A stretch of DNA of 64,000 nt from Octopus sinensis (GCF_006345805.1 NC_043013.1:3906001-3970000); one strand, 5' to 3'; counted from the stretch's first letter, positions 12,680 to 25,040 are shown. Numbers and translations: made by a program. The notes: generated by a model from the letters alone, not told the origin.

Positions 12680-14560
12680 TTGCCACCAGGGCGAAGGACG
12701 AGAGGGCCAATACAAAACAGACACAGGGTGTGGGGATTTACATATAAATGAGATTATTAAAAAGATATTGTGTAAGTATGCACCTTGTACAATGAAAAAA
12801 AGAAAGGAAATGTACATAGTATACAAAGGTTAAGAAAAAAAGGGCGGCGATGATAGAGATGTAGTCCTCTTGATAAGGATAATCTGTAGGGATAATCGAG
12901 GCACCCCACTGTCCAAGATAACCTTGAACATCAAGGGCAAGTGCCCTCTCCAATTCCCTTTCTCCAACTCACAGGTCTGCACTTAGAGTGGTACCATCCA
13001 CTCATGCCATTTTCGTAACTTTCATCCACCTTTCAATAAACTCACTCGAGGACAACGCTTCCTTCTCCACTCTCAATTTCCTTTTCAAGTGAAACTCGAA
13101 GTCAATGAGACCTGTACCAAAGAGGAATGTATCTGTCTTCATGCCTTTCAAGTTCTTCCATCAGATAACCTCTTTCGCCACAGCCACCAGGCAAAGGATA
13201 ACTGCCTTGCCTGCCCGATTAAAGGTGGGCTGCGAGGCAATCATCACTATGGACTCGACCGATAGACGGATCCGTCCCACACATGATAGTAGCTGTTCGA
13301 CATGACCCTACTGAACGAGTGCGTGCAGAATGGTTTCGTCACTCTGCGCGCACCTCGGACAAATTCATCTGAGAGCACATTCGTGCTTGTAGAATTTATC
13401 TCGAACCGGTAGGGCCCCCTGTTAGCACTGCTAAGCCAAGGACATCTGGAAATTATCCATGATGGTTCCTGACCGGAAAGTCCTCCGGAACAGATTGGTC
13501 AGTTTATCTTCGTCAACGCCCAGAGTCTCCCTCAGGACGTCGTCGCACTTTCCCATCACTAATCCTCTATAAATAAATAAGTGTAACATCCACCGATTCT
13601 TTTGCCCGACTGGTAGGGGACAGTGAGCGCCTGACGACATTCTAAGTGCCAGGCGCCCAGTCTTGGTCCATCCTTCTCCCTGGACAGCGGAAATACGTGC
13701 CTCACAAACGGAGCCCACATACGTTCACCTTCTAGAAATCGTTGCAGGTGGCGCAACCTGGGCGCATGCCTGCGCATCAAAAGCCTTGGCATGCCTAAGC
13801 CGACACTCAGCGGGAAGCTGACAGCAGATTGGCCACTTGAACATTGGAACGCGTCCCTTCCACAGGAACAGGAACAAGAGATGCTCCAAATTGATCAAGC
13901 AATAACTGAGGCAAAGCACGACGATCAGACGATAAGTGATAACGGAGGCGATGTAGGCATTCACCACCTCTTCCCGACTTCTAAATCGATTGTGCAGATC
14001 ACAATTTTGTGGTCTGTGTAGCCGACCAATTTGAATTGTGGGCACCCTATACTATCCTTATCCGCTGACTTAATAAATACTCTATCTATGTACGATCTGG
14101 ATGACCCATTGTGATTGCTCTATGTTCACGCCGGCACATCAGGGAAATCCAATCGATACCTGTCAGAAAGCTGGAAGTTTCTGAGTAGGTTTTCGAGGCT
14201 TTTGCACCCACTTCTATGTACTAAACCATACAATCCTTCCGCGTGTCCAAAATACTATTCCAGTCCCCCACTAGTATTAAAGTGCGAGACGTTGCCAGGA
14301 ATGTTTCTAGACGCCTGAAGAAATCTGGCCTCCTAGCCCCTGTTGGAGCATAGACGGCAACCAATCTAAAGGCGCCACCTTCGCTGCCATTCACATCTAG
14401 ATCCACCAACCCACTGTCCGTATCCAAGAAGAATGCCCTTACTTTGAGACCGAAGGATTTTCGGGAAAATGCTGCTACATCGCCGCCCGCTCTCGACAGA
14501 CCACAAGATGAGAATACTTCGTAGTCTTCGAAAATAGCCCCGAATATTTACACAGCCATT
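12680..14560 (-). mobile_element. Tx1/L1-like LINE with APE endonuclease, C-terminal zinc knuckle and 3' UTR; RT core deleted
   Basis: VNIRG, RLVAVYAP, ILVGDWN and SYIDRVF...YTDH (APE motifs) joined to AYIASVITYRL...FLWKG and ICPRCAQSDETILHAL (zf-RVT-like). Confidence 0.8.
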
Positions 14561-14748
14561 TAACCTAGAGGAAAGAAAATGGCATTATGTACCTTGGTCA
14601 CCAGGGATGACTATTGACATAGTCTTCTTTTTGACCGAGTGGGGAGTGGGAAAGGGTTTTTCTAGGAAGTTTGTTATTTGGGGGTTACTTGTTAAACCCT
14701 CCAATGTCCTGAGGAATTTCGTTTCAAATAAATATACGTGTCCATATC

Positions 14749-14918
<170 letters not shown>

Positions 14919-14990
14919 CAGGTCACAGCTTGGAATCGAACTCGGAATCTTGGGTTTAGTAGGCCGTAATCTTAACCACTACGCCGAATC
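14919..14990 (-). mobile_element. tRNA-derived Pol III head (SINE-like), running into (AAT)n
   Basis: Minus strand GGCGTAGTGG (A-box, 14976-14985) and GAGTTCGATTCC (B-box, 14932-14943); no acceptor stem, so not a tRNA gene. Confidence 0.75.
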
Positions 14991-15010
14991 CAGGTTCGAA
15001 ATTTCCCCAA

Positions 15011-15056
15011 GACACCTGATGAAGGCTGGAGTGTATGTCAGCCGAAACGTTGTGTT
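15011..15056 (+). ncRNA. Minimal type I hammerhead ribozyme motif (Penelope type)
   Basis: Stem I GACAC/GUGUU; core CUGAUGA plus extra A; stem II GGCUG/CAGCC; GAAA; palindromic ACGU in place of stem III; GUU cleavage triplet. Confidence 0.75.
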
Positions 15057-15199
15057 AACAACAAACAAGATGAGGACAAATATCCGTCAAATGTAAATAA
15101 TATAAATAATGAACAAAATCATGTCTTCTCAAAATATGCAAAAATGCAAAACAATTATTGTACCCTCAAAAAAGGAGTGGAATTACACAAAATGTTACC

Positions 15200-15615
15200 A
15201 TCACGATCCATGGTACCGTCCACTCTTACCATTTTCGTAACTTTCACCCACCTTGCAATAAACTCACTCGAGGACAACGCTTCCTTCTCCACCCATAATT
15301 TCCTTTTTAAGTGAAACTCGGAGAAGTCAGTGAGAGCTCTACTCTAAGGAATGTATCTTTCAACCCCTTCCACTAGACAACGTCTTTCGCCACAGCCACC
15401 AGGAAAAGGAAAATTGCCTTCCTTGCCCGATCAAAGGTGGGCAGCGAGGCAAACATCATCACTATGGATTCGGCCGATAGATGGATCCGTCCTACACGTT
15501 ACAGCAGCTGTTCGACATAACCCCACAAGTCAGCAATGCCCGGACGCTCAATGAGTGCGTGCAGAACGGTTTCGGTCACTCTGCGCGCACCTCGGACAAG
15601 CCCATGTGAGGGCAC
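15200..15615 (-). mobile_element. Tx1-like C-terminal fragment
   Basis: Homologous to 12985-13380, including the CPRCAQSD zinc-knuckle coding sequence. Confidence 0.75.
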
Positions 15616-15635
15616 ATTATAATAATAATAATAAT

Positions 15636-15849
15636 AATCTTCTCTACTATAGGCACAAGGCCTGAAATTTGTGGAAGGAGACTAGTCGATTGTATCGGAG
15701 CCAGTATTTCACTGGTACTTAATTTATAGAACCCGAAAGGATGAAAGGCAAAGTCGATCTCGGCGGAATTTGCACTCAGAACGTAACGACGGGCGAAATA
15801 CCTCTAAGCATTTCGGTCGGTGTGCTAACGATTCTGCTAGCTCACCGCC

Positions 15850-15851
<2 letters not shown>
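15636..15851 (-). mobile_element. SINE A (tail A2), (AAT)n on both sides
   Basis: GGCACAAGGCCTGAAATTT tail plus family body and head. Confidence 0.85.
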
Positions 15852-15910
<59 letters not shown>

Positions 15911-15928
15911 TAATAATAATAATAATAA

Positions 15929-16840
15929 AAAGAGCGAATAATGCAGATATTGACAAAGCCCTGACCCATCAATGGCTAATGGCCTCTGACTTAAAATCTG
16001 AAACAGAAGGGTTTATCATAGCAGCTCAAGATCAATGCCTACCAACAAGAAACTACCAGTCCAACATATTAAAGAACGGCAGTAGCCCAACATGTCGTGT
16101 ATGCCGACAACAAAAGGAAACCATTGATCATGTTGTCTCCAAATACAGTCTTCTAGCGCCTACAGAGTACCTCAACAGGCATGATAGAGCTGCACAATAT
16201 ATTCACTGGGTAATTTGCAAAAACCTGGATTTGCCCCATGAAAAAAACTGGTGGGAACAAAAACCACCTCCAATACTTGAAAATGACCACATCTCACTCC
16301 TCTGGAACTTCACCATTCAAACTGACAGGAAGATAGATGCAAATAGGCCAGATATCATATTGAAACATGCCTCTTCATTGATATGACTGTCCCAATCGAT
16401 ATAAACGTATCTGTCAAGACCTACCAAAAACTGAGCAAATATAAAGATCTTGAAATAGAAATCAGCAAAATGCGGAACCTGAAGACTAAAACAATACCTG
16501 TTGTCATAGGTGCCCTGGGAATGATAGCGAAAGGGGCTGATTGCTACCTAACTCAGATACCAGGAAACCCCAAAATGGCAGAAATTCAAAAGATAGTGCT
16601 CATGGGAACTGCTCATATCCTACGCAAAATACTCTCTATGTAATCCCAAGGTTTAAAACAAACTTTAAAAAAAAAAATTATGTATTAGACATTCACTAGT
16701 ACAACCACCCCCCAAAAAACCCCCAAATATATGGCACACTAGGCATAACAACAACGTGAACTTCCAACCTGTTGTCTCTTGAGGTCTCTGGGTGAGACTT
16801 GGAGCCAACTTGTACAGACATAAAGCAAAAGTCAAACATA

Positions 16841-16841
<1 letters not shown>
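15929..16841 (+). mobile_element. Dong/R4-clade non-LTR retrotransposon, 5'-truncated: CCHC knuckle, restriction-like endonuclease and 3' UTR
   Basis: CRVC..ETIDH, RHD, RPDIILK, IDMTVP, KLSKYKDL, PVVIGALG; one frameshift near 16370; (AAT)n on both flanks. Confidence 0.9.
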
Positions 16842-16936
<95 letters not shown>

Positions 16937-17289
16937 GGAGGAGGAGGAGGAGGAGGAGGATGCTGATGATAATTTCTAGCATTGATACAAGGCTCCTAAT
17001 TTGAGAGTGAGGTCGATTTAAAGTCAGTAGAAAACCCCTTATACAATAACTGTCCGACTTGAACCCTTTTCTAATAGCCTACCAGATCTCACTTTTGTTC
17101 ATCCCGGCATGTATGCTGTAAAGTAGAAGTACCCGCGTCAGCAGCACTGTGATAACAATATGTAAACATCATTATAGTCGTAATAATCGATACCTGATAA
17201 ACCTCGGATTTCTTGAAGAGGATTTATAGGCTGCCGAAGATATTAATATATTCTTGTGTTTTTGTAATGAGTTGTGGCCATGCTGGCTA

Positions 17290-17633
17290 ACATATGTATA
17301 TAGGTGTGTATGTATGTATGTATGTATGTATGTATGTATGTATGTATGTATGTATGTATGTTTGTATGTATGTATGTATGTATGTATGTATGTATGTATG
17401 TATGATGTATGTATATATGTATGTATGTATATATGCATGAATGTATGTATGTATGTATGTATGTATGTATGTATGTATGTATATATATATATATATATAT
17501 GTATATATGTAAGTATGCATGTATGAATGTATGTATGCATGTATGTATGTATGAATGTATGTATGTATGAATGTAGGTATGTATGTATGTATGAATGTAT
17601 GAATATATGTATGAATGTACGTACGTATGTATG

Positions 17634-17664
<31 letters not shown>

Positions 17665-17800
17665 TGTATGTATGTATGAATGTAGGTATGTATGTATGAA
17701 TGTATCTATGTATGTATGAATGTATGTATGTATGTATGTATGTGTATGTGTGTGTGCGAGCGTGCGTGTGTACGTGCATGTGTATGTGTGTATGTGTGTG
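17290..17800. repeat. (ATGT)n microsatellite
   Basis: Directly visible. Confidence 0.95.
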
Positions 17801-18000
17801 AGAGCATTTCATGAACTTTATCTCAATGTCCTTGGTCTTCCAGCGACAATTATCTAAATATCCCTTAAGACAAAACTTAACCTATCCTGACAGAGATGAC
17901 TTTAACATTTGTATCACAGACCAGATATACGAATCGGTTTTAGATTTTCTGACTAGTGACTGCTAGAGTAGACAGTAAACGTTAGCTTCATTGTCAACAG

Positions 18001-18068
18001 TCTGAAATTGTGGAACCACAGCACAAAGGCATCAATAATCTTCAGAAATCCCCTTTAGCTTATGAGAT
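18001..18068 (+). CDS. Candidate host exon (SEIVEPQHKGINNLQKSPLAYE)
   Basis: Acceptor CTTCATTGTCAACAG, donor AT|GTGAGA, one open frame; no homology recognised. Confidence 0.25.
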
Positions 18069-18447
18069 GTGAGACTAGTGCATTAGCTAAACCTAGCGAT
18101 TAAAAGCGGCGCGAGAAAACTTTCAGTGTAAATCTGGCCAATTCTCTTTATTATCCCTTCGAAACTACACACAGATTAAGTTCTTATTAATAAATACAAT
18201 GAAGAGAAAGTCTATCACACCACCTACCCCTCTCTCTGTCTCTCCTCTCCGTCTCTCTCCTTTCATTCAATGTATTTGTATGTACGTCTTTAAATGAGTG
18301 CACACATTTGTTCATATGTTCGTATATACGCGTGTGTGTATATAAGTGTACATAGACAGACAGATAGATGGATAGATAAATATATAGATAACTAAGTTAT
18401 GTATTAAATAAACTTCCAGCTCGTTGGATTTCTAAATATATATCTGT

Positions 18448-18485
<38 letters not shown>

Positions 18486-18562
18486 CTATGTCTATCTAGC
18501 TATCTATTTGTCTGTCTCTCTGTCATCCTGTCTGTTTGTCAATCCATCTATCTTTTGCAAAG

Positions 18563-18693
18563 GACCGAAGAAGTTTATGGATACATTCCACCCATCTCTC
18601 CTCCACTAATGCCACACAGCAACATTGGCCAGTCTCCCCTACTGGAAAACAGACTATCGATTTTGGAGATTTCCACACCCTAAAGAGAAGTAG
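18563..18693 (+). CDS. Candidate host exon
   Basis: Pyrimidine tract ending TTTTGCAAAG, donor AG|GTAAAT; unique sequence between microsatellites; no homology recognised. Confidence 0.3.
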
Positions 18694-18824
18694 GTAAATC
18701 ACCCAATTACATTGATGTTATTGGCCGAGACATAAAACATGAAACCGAGGAGCGACCATGGCCGGTAGGATATGGCGCAACAACGTCATAAGGCGTATCG
18801 AGTGTGTAGCCGCTGTGACAATGC

Positions 18825-18855
<31 letters not shown>

Positions 18856-19146
18856 CATACATACATACATACATACATACATACATACACATACATACAT
18901 ACATACATACATACATACATACATACATACACACATACATACAAACATAGATACACTTTCACAATCACCGTCGCATATATATGCATGTAGGTAATGTATG
19001 TACACACACGCGCACACAGACATGTATATGTATATATATATATATATATGCATACATACATGTGTGTGTGTACGTGTATGTATGTATGAATGTATATATG
19101 AATGTATGTACGTAGGTATGTGTATGTGTGCGTGTTTGTTTGTGGC

Positions 19147-19179
<33 letters not shown>

Positions 19180-19250
19180 TTATACACACACACATACATA
19201 TGTGTGTGTGTGTGTTGTGTGTGTGTGTGTATGTGTTTGTTTATATGTTT
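18825..19250. repeat. (ATAC)n/(TA)n/(TG)n microsatellites
   Basis: Directly visible. Confidence 0.9.
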
Positions 19251-20101
19251 GAATGCTGGGTGGATAGATGGATGTGTATATATCTCCTTGCTCAGAAATA
19301 TAACATAAAGCTTAATATTATCTTTGTTGTGTAGGGAACAAGAGCGAAAAGACGTGACTGGAAGATAATCGCCAGCTTTTCAGGCAGACCGATCTGTCAA
19401 CTGACTATGTCTAAGCATTATTTGCCTTTAAGCTGACTTAGGCGCTTCATGTGCGATCGTCTGTTTAGATATTAAGCAGTCGATCTTTTGTCAACGTTTG
19501 CCGTAGATTTGTAACATTGACTTAAAGATTGAAAGACTATACAGTGGTTCCTTTTTTTCTGTTAATTCGGCGAACTTTCGCAATGAACATGTTACTATAA
19601 CCATCAATGGACACTACGCATAGCTATTTCTCTTCTACTGTCGGGATTTTTTCATAGACTGACCTTTATGAATAATGGGAGTGGCTTCTACATTCAGCTT
19701 CAGACTGATTCTTTTAGGCTGGAGTCATTTGGAATGCATAGATAAAAGAGATATTGAAAGGTCTTTAATAAAATTTATATGAATATAATTTTTTTCTGGT
19801 AGAGGCACAAGGCCAGCAATTTTGAGTGAAGGTGGTTGTCAATTAAATCTATCCCAGTACTTGAGTAGCATCTTATTTTATCGAACTCGAAGAGATACAG
19901 GCAAAAATGACCTCGGCGAAATTTGAAGTAAAAAACCCCACAAAAACAGCAAGGAGTAATAGCACTAAGCGTGATAAACTTTGCCTTGCCACCTTTCGAG
20001 ATTGATAAAATATAGTACCAGTCAAGTACTTGGGTCTATGATATCAACTAACCCCTACCCTTAAAATTTTTGGCCTTCTGCCAAAAAATTAGAAAAGAAT
20101 G

Positions 20102-20141
<40 letters not shown>

Positions 20142-20151
20142 TATTATTATT

Positions 20152-20382
20152 AGGCGGCGAGCTGGCAGAAACGTTAGCGCGCCGGGCCAAATGCTTAGCG
20201 GCATTTCGTCTGTCGTTACGTTCTGAGTTCAAATTCCGCCGAAGTCGACTTTACCTTTCATCCTTTCGGGGTCGATAAATTAAGTACCAGTTTCGCACTG
20301 GGGTGGATGTAATCGACTTATTCCCTTTGTCTGTCCTTGTTTGTCCCCTCTATGTTTAGCCCCTTGTGGGCAGTAAAGAAAT
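20152..20382 (+). mobile_element. SINE A (tail A1), full length, embedded in (ATT)n
   Basis: Complete head-body-tail; (ATT)n at 20102-20151 and 20387-20440. Confidence 0.9.
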
Positions 20383-20385
20383 ATA

Positions 20386-20441
<56 letters not shown>

Positions 20442-20799
20442 CTTCATTCACACGGTGGGGATTTTCTTACCAGTGGATTGTTTAACTGACTCAAATTATG
20501 TAACCTCAGATGATACTTTCCCGCAGGATATTTGCTGGTCTCAAGAGTGTTGTATTTTCGCAATATCGTAATGCTAGGATAGATTCCAATTGTGTCAAGG
20601 TGTTTCGGGAGGGGGGGGGGGGGCTTTTCGTTACCGACACAAGTGATCCAGTTTGGCACCACTCTTGCTTTCGCATTCCACTTTCTTTTGGCAAGTCTGT
20701 TCGCAAGTCTGCATATTTTGCAATTTTTCCTCGTTTGCTTTATCATTGATGTAATGATCGGCTGCGCATGTTACATCAACAAAAATCTCCATTAAAGTT

Positions 20800-20826
20800 G
20801 TTGTTGTTATCATTATCCTCCTCCTT

Positions 20827-20858
<32 letters not shown>

Positions 20859-20873
20859 TATCATTATTATTAC

Positions 20874-20909
<36 letters not shown>

Positions 20910-20951
20910 TACTATTATTATTATTATTACTATTATTATTATTATTATTAC

Positions 20952-20999
<48 letters not shown>

Positions 21000-21021
21000 T
21001 ATTATATTATTATTATTATTA

Positions 21022-21076
<55 letters not shown>

Positions 21077-21085
21077 ATTACTGTT
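20800..21085. repeat. Compound (TCA)(TTA)(TTG) triplet array
   Basis: Directly visible. Confidence 0.95.
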
Positions 21086-21269
21086 GTTACTATAGCAGCA
21101 AGCTGACAGGATCGTTTAAATGGAGCGTTGGAAAAATGCTCTGAGGTACTTTGCTTAGACTCTTTACATGAACCTTCACCTCTTACCCTTTCATTAAAGT
21201 ATTGCGATCAATGAAATCGACTAACTCCTTCCCTCAAAATCCCTGGCCTTGTGCCTAATTTAGAAACAA

Positions 21270-21375
21270 TTCTTCTTCTTCTTCTTCTTCTTCTTCTTCT
21301 TCTTCTTCTTCTTCTTCTTCTTCTTCTTCTTCTTCTTCTTCTTCCCCTTCTTCTTCTTCTTCTTCTTCTTCTTCT
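21270..21375. repeat. (TTC)n
   Basis: Directly visible. Confidence 0.95.
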
Positions 21376-21422
21376 AATCGCTATTATTATCATTACCATT
21401 ATTATTGTTATTATTATTGTTA

Positions 21423-21815
21423 GGGCAGCGAGCTGGCAGAGACGTTAGCACGCCGGGCGAAATGCGTTGCCGTATTTCGTCTGCCGTTACGTTCTGAATT
21501 CAAATTCTGCCGAGGTCGACTTTGCCTTTCATCCTTTCGGAGTCGATAAATTAAGTACCAGTTACGCACTGGGGTCGATATAATCGACTTAATCCGTTTG
21601 TCTGTCCTTGTTTGTTCTCTCTGTGTTTAGTCCCTTCTGGGTAGTAAAGAAATAGGTATTTCACCCATCGTTACATTCTGAGTTCAAATTCCACCGAGGT
21701 CGACTTTGCTTTTCATCCTTTCGGGGTTGATTAAATAGGTACCTGTTGCACACAGGGGTCGATGTAATCGATCTGATCCCCTCCCCAAGCTGCCCTTGTG
21801 GCAAAAAACTTGAAA
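21423..21815 (+). mobile_element. SINE A dimer (head, body, A1 tail, body, A2 tail)
   Basis: Junction AAAGAAATAGGTATTTC near 21647-21663. Confidence 0.85.
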
Positions 21816-21851
21816 TCATCATCATTATTATTATTGTTGTTGCTGTTGTTG

Positions 21852-22050
21852 AAGGCGGAGAGCTGGCAGAATCGTTAGCACGCTGGACAAAATGCTAAGC
21901 GGCATTTCGTCTGTCGTTACGTTCTGAATTCAAGTTCCGTCGAGGTTGACTTTACCTTTCATCCTTTCGGTATCAATGAAATACATTTCAGTTGAGCACT
22001 CCCTCCCTCCCCCGAAATTGCTGCCCTTTTGCCGAAATTAGAAACTATAA
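21852..22050 (+). mobile_element. SINE A (tail A2)
   Basis: Family head and body; ends in (ATT)n. Confidence 0.8.
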
Positions 22051-22062
22051 TAATCATTATTA

Positions 22063-22130
<68 letters not shown>

Positions 22131-22485
22131 TTTATTATCGTTGTTGTTATTGTTGTCTGGCGATGAAGCTTTGCTTCATTTCGATTCTCATGAGTTTGTT
22201 AAAAATTTGGTTATTTCACCCTGAATTCGTTAACTTTTGGCGATTTTGTTTTCGATTAATTCTTATCCACCACGAGAAGCCTGTCCATGTCATATTTATT
22301 TTTAAAGAAATTCAAGATGGCTGTAGGTTCATCAGTAATGATAGTCGAAGAAAACTAAGGCAACAAAGGTGGGGAGTGAGAGCTGTCATTGCAGCAAAGT
22401 AGGAGCGTTTAATCTTGCAAGAAAACACCAACAACCATAGCAATACAAACAATGTGAAAAACAAAAGTAACATCAGCAATATGTA

Positions 22486-22660
22486 GGGAGAGTTTACGAA
22501 AAAAACAAAAGACGAAGACAGCTGGTGTATAAAACAAACAGATGTATTAGTATAACGCTCGGGAATAGAAAAAGTATTTTACGTTTCGAGCCTACGCTCT
22601 TCTACAGAAAGGTACACAGAAAAACAAACAAGGAGAGAAACAAGGAGAGAAAAAAAAGGA
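22486..22660 (-). mobile_element. Penelope-like pLTR with CUGUAGA hammerhead-like variant (22577-22611)
   Basis: Reverse complement CTTTCTGTAGAAGAGCGTAGGCTCGAAACGTAAAA matches 37811-37847. Confidence 0.65.
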
Positions 22661-23436
22661 GAGAAAAAAAGGAGAGAAAAAATATGTAGTTTGATTAATA
22701 AAACAAGAGCAACAACGACAATATGAACAACGTGAATAACTACATTAACAATAAAAACAACAACAAAAACAATAACATCACAGCAACAGCAGTGCATTAT
22801 TACCGCTAAAACAACAAAAAGCAAGCTCATTTGTGAATGTTAGCTAATAAATGTGAGCGGGACACACACTTGATGGTGTGTTTAGTAACAAAAAAAATGT
22901 CTTCTTAAGCGAGATTTTCTCGCCGAACTGTCAGAAGGAATAGAAAAAATTGAAAGAAAATCCTTATTTATTGGTTAATCAATAAAACGCCAGAAAAATG
23001 GACAATTCAACCACAATACAAACAGAGAAATGTTTGAAAGATGTGTGGGGTTAAATGTGACTTGTGAGGAAAGGAATGGAATATGGGATGGCGGCTGTCC
23101 CTTCTCTCTCTCAAAAAAAAAAGACGAGGCTCAGAAAATAACAAGGATGCCCTGTAAAAGAATTGTTATTGATAGTATCATATTTAGGGAGTTGCGTAAA
23201 AAAAGGGGAGGGGACATTCTCTATTGTATCAGCAAAATCAAATATAAAATATTTCATTATGACTTGACTTTTGGAGAAATAATGAATATAAGAACAAACT
23301 CCAAAATAATTGGGCAGATATCAAAGTACAGGTGGAGATACTACATACGCTAGAGAATTTTTAGACGGTACTCCATCTCAGCTACATGGAAAGCAGGGAA
23401 CTCATAAGAGATGTGGTAGAAAGCAGAAAGACCATG

Positions 23437-23478
23437 TGTTCGGTTTGCGGTAGCATCAAACACCAGAGGTTTTCCTGT
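23437..23478 (+). pseudogene. CCHC zinc knuckle (retroelement ORF1/gag-like remnant)
   Basis: CSVCGSIKHQRFSC is an exact C-x2-C-x4-H-x4-C match in ORF 23386..23655. Confidence 0.5.
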
Positions 23479-23631
23479 TCTGTGGCAAAGAGACTGAAAG
23501 TCCTTTGCTGTCAATACCATAACCCCAGCATCAACGGCAACAATAATAAGAACATCAGCTCTTGCAGAAAAGGAAACCAAACTACTAAAATAGTCGCAAA
23601 GGTGTTTACTACTACCACTCTCTTAACGTGT

Positions 23632-23935
23632 GGAGGCACATGGCCTAGTGGTTAGAGCAGCGGACTCGCGGTTGAGGGATCGCGGGTTCGAATCTCAGAC
23701 CGGGCGATGTGTGTGTTTATGAGCGAAAACACCTAAGCTCCACGCGGCTCCGGCAGAAGGTAATGGCAAAACTTCTGCTGACTCTTTTGCCACAACTTTC
23801 TCTCACTCTTTCCTCCTGCATCTTGCAGCTCACCTGCAACGGACCGGCGTCCCGTTCAGGTAGGGAACCTGTACGCCAAGAAACCGGGAAACCGGCCCTT
23901 ATGAGCCAGGCATCGCTCGAGAAGGAACAAACAAC
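23632..23935 (+). mobile_element. SINE family C (tRNA-like head), full length
   Basis: A-box TGGCCTAGTGG, B-box GGTTCGAATCT; head shared with 51494; ends in AACAAACAAC. Confidence 0.8.
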
Positions 23936-24638
23936 TCTCTTAACCATTTAGCGTTTAAATCGGTCAAATCAGGCTAAAATATTCTACCTGTTTTATGTTG
24001 AAACCAGCATCTCAAAATAAACAGTCACATCATAAAAGATAATCCTTGTGCACTGATGAGCTGGAATGGAAATATCTAGTTTAGACTATAAAAATGTGTT
24101 TGCATTGTGTAGGCCGCCTAGAAATATACTTTTACAGCATTAGATATATTCATACTGCCTGAGCAGCTAATTGCTATAACCCTATATGACGTCACTTTTC
24201 TGATCCATTCTCTTGTGCTTGGGCCAGAAAATTGTATATTTTGGGAAGCTTTATCCATACTTTTTACTATGAAGGACGAGAACATATTCAGTGACTCCAG
24301 TAATATTTGTGTAGCATTTTACAACCTTTTCCATTCCACAATGACTGACAACACGCATCGTTATATTAATCTCGGGATTTAATATTTTTCATATATGCTC
24401 AACAGTCAAGTTTCAACGATTACTATGTATATGAATATTAATACACCCTAGCAGACATGTTGTCTGTAATAACCAATTGTTAGATAAATATAGGTCACGG
24501 TATACTGATGTTGAACAGATTTGAGAAGAAATATTAACTTAGTAGATTAAAAGGCGCCCACCGAATACTTGGTCATCGTTTATTATATCTTGGACAAGTC
24601 AGCCTGGTAGAGCCCACCCTGTTCTACAATATGGATAC

Positions 24639-24729
24639 AGGCGTGGTAGAGTGACTAAAACATTTGCCTCCCAACAACCACGTAGTTCCGAGTTCGATCT
24701 CAGAGCGCTTCGTGTATATATCATATATA

Positions 24730-24813
<84 letters not shown>

Positions 24814-25040
24814 TTATATTTGTGTCTGTGTCTGTGATTGTCCCCCATCACCGCTTTACTACCGGTGTTGGTGTGTTTACATCTCCCTAACTTAGCAGTT
24901 CGGCATGAGTGATCGATAGGATAAGAATCAAGCTTAAAAAGTACTGGGATCGATTCAAATAACTAAAAATTCTTCAAGGCGGTGCCCCGGAATGGCCGCC
25001 GGAGGACTATAACTAAAAGAAGTAAAAGAGTAAAAGTCTA
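24639..25040 (+). mobile_element. SINE B, diverged, with expanded internal (TA)n
   Basis: Head at 24639-24712 and tail at 24820-25040 match the family. Confidence 0.7.

Noticed and set aside
23632-23705. Possible tRNA gene (also 51494 and 14919)
   Set aside because: A and B boxes are present but acceptor and anticodon stems do not pair, and the sequence continues into SINE body.
23940-24010. TTAA-CCATTTAG possible piggyBac-like MITE end
   Set aside because: No matching opposite TIR or second TTAA-bounded end found.
24053-24075. CTGATGAG...GAAA (also 63639-63680)
   Set aside because: No stem II or stem I pairing; chance match.
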